The position numbers and the translations under genes are program-made. Below are positions 59,358-64,000 of a stretch of DNA of 64,000 nucleotides, piece after piece. The DNA is from Vitrella brassicaformis CCMP3155 (taxonomy: Eukaryota > Protista > Chromerida). The notes under the pieces were generated by a model that did no database searches, was not told the DNA's origin, and saw only the letters and a program-made list of their open reading frames with translations. How positions within the stretch are numbered: the stretch's first letter is position 1; every line of letters begins with the position of its first letter. The stretch is from the NCBI GenBank assembly GCA_001179505.1, contig CDMY01000613.1, positions 62,001 through 126,000 of the forward strand. Direction: 5' to 3'.

Positions 59358-62300
59358 ATGGCGCATATATCGGTGGAGGCTCTCATCAGCGGTGATGTCG
59401 AGGCCATCTTCGCTGCGCGTTCGGCCTTCCTCACCCACTGCCAGCGCCACGGGCTCCAAATCATTTCAAAGTGGCGCTCGCTGGACCGCCCCTTTCTCCC
59501 CACCCGACGCCAGTTCGCAGAACTCATCGGCGTGCCCCCAGAAGTAGCCCTGCCTGACTTCATCCCCGACGATCCTGACATGCCCTCCCTCTCCCCCTTC
59601 TGGTGGTTCCCACAGGCATGGCAATGGCTCAGCGGCCATGACGGAGATGAAGACGCTGCCGGCAGCCACAACCAGCAGCAGCAGGACAGAGTGGAGATGC
59701 TGCATGTGCTGGGTGGGCTGGCCATCACACTCCCCTATGACCTGCCCACACGCATGCGGGCCCTCTTTGAGATATTCGACTTCTCCGATCTCGACGGCAC
59801 ATCGCACGAGGCGGGCATTGACGAGGGGGAGACGGGAGACGAGGTGTTCGGTCCGCGGCTGCTGATTGGAGGGGCTGGGCTGTTCATATTGTTGGAGAGG
59901 AGCCTGACGGGATTGAGCAAGCTGTGTGAGCTGCCTGCAGGGATGCTGCCGCTGAAAAGGGAGGAGATTGAGGCCATTCGGGACTATCTATGGCCTGCCG
60001 GTGAGTGGGGAAGACGGAGACAGGAGACACTCATTCTGGCGTGTCTGTCGTGTTATGGATCCAGGTGCGAGTGACCCCACGGCCCGCACATCACTCCTTC
60101 GATTAGCGCCGCGATTCATCCCCCTGCTGAGGTCACTCAGCAGCATCCTCTACCAAAAGAGCAAGGTGGGCCCATGTGCCAACAAGGCTTGTCTCTATTG
60201 TACCTTCAAATGTTGCTCGCGTGTGTCTAATATCAGATTCTCGAGAGCTGTGGCGGCATCTGTGGTAGCCGGGATGAGGTGCTGCCCACCCTGCAGACCG
60301 ACGCGCACTTCCTGGGAAGATATCGAGTCATCGCAAGGTAGGTAGGTAGACATCCATGCCTCCCTCCCTCTCATGCCCGCTGTATAGTCCTCTTTTCCCT
60401 CCCTGCATTCACGCAGGGAGCGGCTCCCCTCCGGTCTCGCCGATGTGTTCCTCACTCCCTGCCCCGTCGCCTCGTCGGCATCCCCCGCCGCGCCCCCCTC
60501 CTCCCCTCCACCGCCCATCCTCTTGTCGGACCCAGCCACATATGCATCATCGACGGCCCCGCCCCCCAGCCACAAGGAGCTGATGCTCGATGTATACGAC
60601 GAGATGGATCTGCGGGGGCTGGCCATCAAGGTGCTGCTGCCACTCGACAGCGACCCCGCACAAGACGCCAGGAACTTCGTGAGGGAGGCGGCGCTGCTCT
60701 CCAAAGTCAGACACAGGTAGGTACGGAGAGAGATGTTTAGGTGTCGGTTGCTTATCCGTCGGTGTGGTGTGTGGCGGGTGTGGTGTATGTCAGGCGGTGG
60801 GCGCCGGTGCATGTGTATGGCGTGACTGCTCGGCTGGTGTACCAAGTGCGGGAGAAGGAGGAGGGGTGCACACTGGCCCAGCTCTTGCAACAGCGGAGGC
60901 AGAGCTCAAATCAGGGAGTAAGGGCGAAAAATGGACGACATGCGGGACACGAGGCTCTCGCTTTCATGGCTACATCCATTCAGCTGCCGGAGATGGATGT
61001 GGTTGAGTTCTTGCTGTGCTTGCTGGATGTTTTGGAGGTGGCCCACACAACCGGGGTGGTGCACACTGCCCTCACGCCACACAAAGTCTTCCTCAAACAC
61101 GGGTAGGACTGGACACCTACGGCTGGAGAGGAACGATGGACATTTGTGTCTCTCTTCTTTTGCCAGCTCCTTGACGGAGCCGATGATTCTCGACTGGAGC
61201 TCCGCCAAATGGGACCCCCAGGAGGTGCTTGCCAACACTTCGTCACTCCTCACGTACACACAAGAGATAGCATGGGTATGCACACCCCCTGCAATGCGCC
61301 TGGTCTCGGTGTGTGCAGTGGCATGCCTGAGGCGACTGACCACCGCGATCCGCGCTACATCAGCCCGCAGCAGTGCCAGGGAGCAGGTGATACATACCCG
61401 CCAAAACAGTCACTTCACCATGACGGATGTGTCTCTGTGTCCACGGCACTCCTTAGGTGGTGAGTCCGATCCCTCCTGGGACATCTATAGCATCGGTTGC
61501 ATCGGTCGGTGGATCAGTGAGTTGACATGGCAGACCGGGAGCGTGCTGCAATCCTTTATTGCTCTATGTGTGTGTGCAGCCTTTGAATGTGTGACGCTCA
61601 CGCCACCATTCACCGGCACACGGCTCACTGATGCATACAGAGTGAGCACAGGACGGCTTGGACTCTTGTTGGCCTTGGACTCTTCTTGCTGGCTGCCTGT
61701 CTGCCAGCTGTCCCTAGGTGACCGTCAGAAGCACAGTGCCATCCTTGCGGGCGATGCTGCCTCGGCCGAGAGGCCCAGCAGCCGCAGACGGACGTCGGGC
61801 GCACAACAGTGAGAGACGATGAGACACCAGATCACAAAACCACAGACACTGGAGTCTTCGGTATGGTATGGTATGGTTTGGTGTGTGCAGGTCGCCAGGC
61901 CAGCCGGATGGGGGCACACGAAAGAAGACCGTCACTCTGCAAGAGGGCATCAAGCTGGTCGGCATCTGTGTCCGGCCACATGAGCATCTGTGTCAATTCT
62001 TCCCTCTCCGGCCTGTCTCAGGAGCATGTGTACCTGCCGCCTCCCAGCCTGGAGCAGTGCCTGACGTCATCGGACTTCGTGGGCATCGTCAACAAGGCCC
62101 TGCAGAAGGAGCCCAGGGGCAGGTACCTCACCGCCACCGACATGATCAGGGACCTGCGCATGCTGCTGGAGGAGCTGCAGAACCTCCCACCACTCATGCA
62201 GGAGACACTGCCGCACCTCAAGCTCGCCAACCAGCAGCAAGAAGCAACCGTGGAGACCCTTCCCCTCTCCCTGCCGCCAGCACCGGGTGGTCAGCCTGCG

Positions 62301-64000
62301 TTGACCGACCTGAGTGTCCCTGGCCCGCCATCGCGTCAGTCGAGCGATGACGAGGCAAGAACGGGCTTCGCCAGAGTGCTGGACCTGAGGTGAGACATGC
62401 CATCAGAAACAATGAGACAACAGTGCGTACTTATTATGAGTGTTGTCGTTCAGGAACGAGGGTCTGACGGCGTTCACGTCCCGCTATCTCGCCAAGTTCG
62501 CCAACGCCCTCCTCGCCGACGAGCTGCACATCACCGGCGGGCCCATCCCACTCCGGGTCATCAGGCAGGGCGAGTCGACCTCACTCAACCTCAGCGACCG
62601 ATCGCTGGCGGCGCACGACACCATGGTGCTCGCACGCCTGCTCGCACACAACTCCACCATCGAGCACCTGGACTTGTCCAAGAACTGCGTGGCGCACGAG
62701 AACGCGGCCGAGCGTCAGGCGCATCCTCATATGTATCGTGTGGAGGGGCTGGCGAGGTTGGCCGAGTCGCTGCCGTCGCTGCCGCTGCAGGTGCTGAATC
62801 TGAGCGAGAACCCGCTGGGAGGGCAGGTGGGAGAGGTCATCTGCAGGGCTCTGGGCAAGTGCCCAAATCTGAGGGTGGGTGGGTGATATCGAGACACTCT
62901 GACAGAGTGCATTAGAGATGTAATGTGTGCATGTGTGCATGTGTGTGTGTGTGCGTGATTTAGTCTCTTCATTTGGGTCACTGTGACATCATGTCTCGCG
63001 GCGGCGTGGCATTGGCCGAGTCACTCAAGCACCTCACCATGCTGGAAGAGCTGGACATCAAGTCAGCGAGACACAGAAAGACACAAACACATTGCAGACA
63101 ATGCAGCGGCCTTTCTCCTGCCTGCCTGCCTGCCTGCCTGCGTGTCAGCCACTGTCACATAGGTGATGACGGGTGCAAGGCTTTGGCGAGCAGCCTGGGT
63201 GCGTCACCTCACCTGGCAACCATCAACCTCTATGGCAACAGCATCGAGGACGAGGGCGCTGACGCACTCGTGTAGGCCGGGCGGCTGCACATGTTCCGAC
63301 AGAGACAGAGACAGGGAGACCAATGTGCGTGCGTGTGTGTGGTGCAGGAGTGCGTTGGAGCATGACTTCACTTTGCTGACCTTGCCGCTTGGCGACAACA
63401 GGATATCGAGGCCATACGAGCAGCTCATACAGAGGGCCATCACATTCAACAACCAATACAAGGTGACTGACTGACACACACAGGAGTGAGTACCTTATAT
63501 ATTCCTTGCTGCGTGGAGTGCATTCTCCACCTCTCTCTGTGTGTGTCTTTGTTCAGTCTTTGTGTGAGCACAACTCTCGCTTCGAGGGCTTTGGTCACCA
63601 CCTCATGGCCGAGTCACTCAAGGCATGGGCCAGAGGGTACACTCACACACACGGCGCACGACAGACGCCTCATTTGTCCGTCTCCGTTGCTGCAGTGACA
63701 CCTTCATTGCCAAGCGGCTGCACACACGCCTATTGCAGCCCAAGGACCCACTCGAGGAAGAGGCAAACACCACAGACACACACACACATGCGAAGAGACA
63801 GAGAGACCCGTTAATGGTATCTGCTGCCGTGTCGCTTGTCATTGGTTTGACCAGGTTGGTCGTCTGCTGCTGACGTCCGATAATGCTTTGGTGTTGGATT
63901 CTGCCTTTGAGATGTACGCGAGTGCCAGGGTCAACGGGGGGGACCCTGCCAGCCCCTTGCCCCCCGCAGCACTCGTGCAGAAAGTATAGCTCACCATCCG
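59358..64000 (+). CDS. Multidomain protein: N-terminal EF-hand-like region, pseudokinase, RNI-type leucine-rich repeats; probably continues past the window
   Basis: LFEIFDFSDLDG; kinase fold LAIKVL, NFVREAALL, VVHTALTPHKVFL, ILDWSS, PRYISPQQ, WDIYSIGCI; LRRs LNLSDRSL, LDLSKN, LNLSENPLG, INLYGNSIEDEGADAL, LPLGDNRI. Confidence 0.8.

Overview
Intron-rich, GC-rich eukaryotic nuclear DNA with short introns full of (GT)n/(CA)n and three 300-N scaffold gaps. The style and the lineage-specific gene families suggest the chromerid alveolate Vitrella brassicaformis or a relative (inference, not verified by search). About 19 protein-coding genes were reconstructed by hand across splice sites, plus one intron-containing tRNA-Gln(UUG). 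Recognisable genes: full-length DNA polymerase theta (SF2 helicase + PolA), a papain-family protease with no prodomain, DNAAF9/Shulin, a two-RRM protein, ectoine synthase (ectC), a CaMKK-like kinase, a 2OG-Fe(II) dioxygenase, a RAP-domain protein, a TPM/MOLO-1-like protein, three clustered MYND-finger genes, an ankyrin-repeat protein and a pseudokinase-LRR protein. Most notable: (1) a spliced eukaryotic ectC with intact metal ligands, a GC-AG intron and a coiled-coil tail, next to a tRNA gene; (2) two convergent paralogues encoding MYND + helical domain + catalytically degenerate cyclophilin, one with an in-frame TAA inside the first cyclophilin strand, followed by a third MYND gene with a Cdc37-like N-terminal motif. 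No CRISPR array, rRNA or mobile element was seen. Exon boundaries are manual and approximate unless stated.
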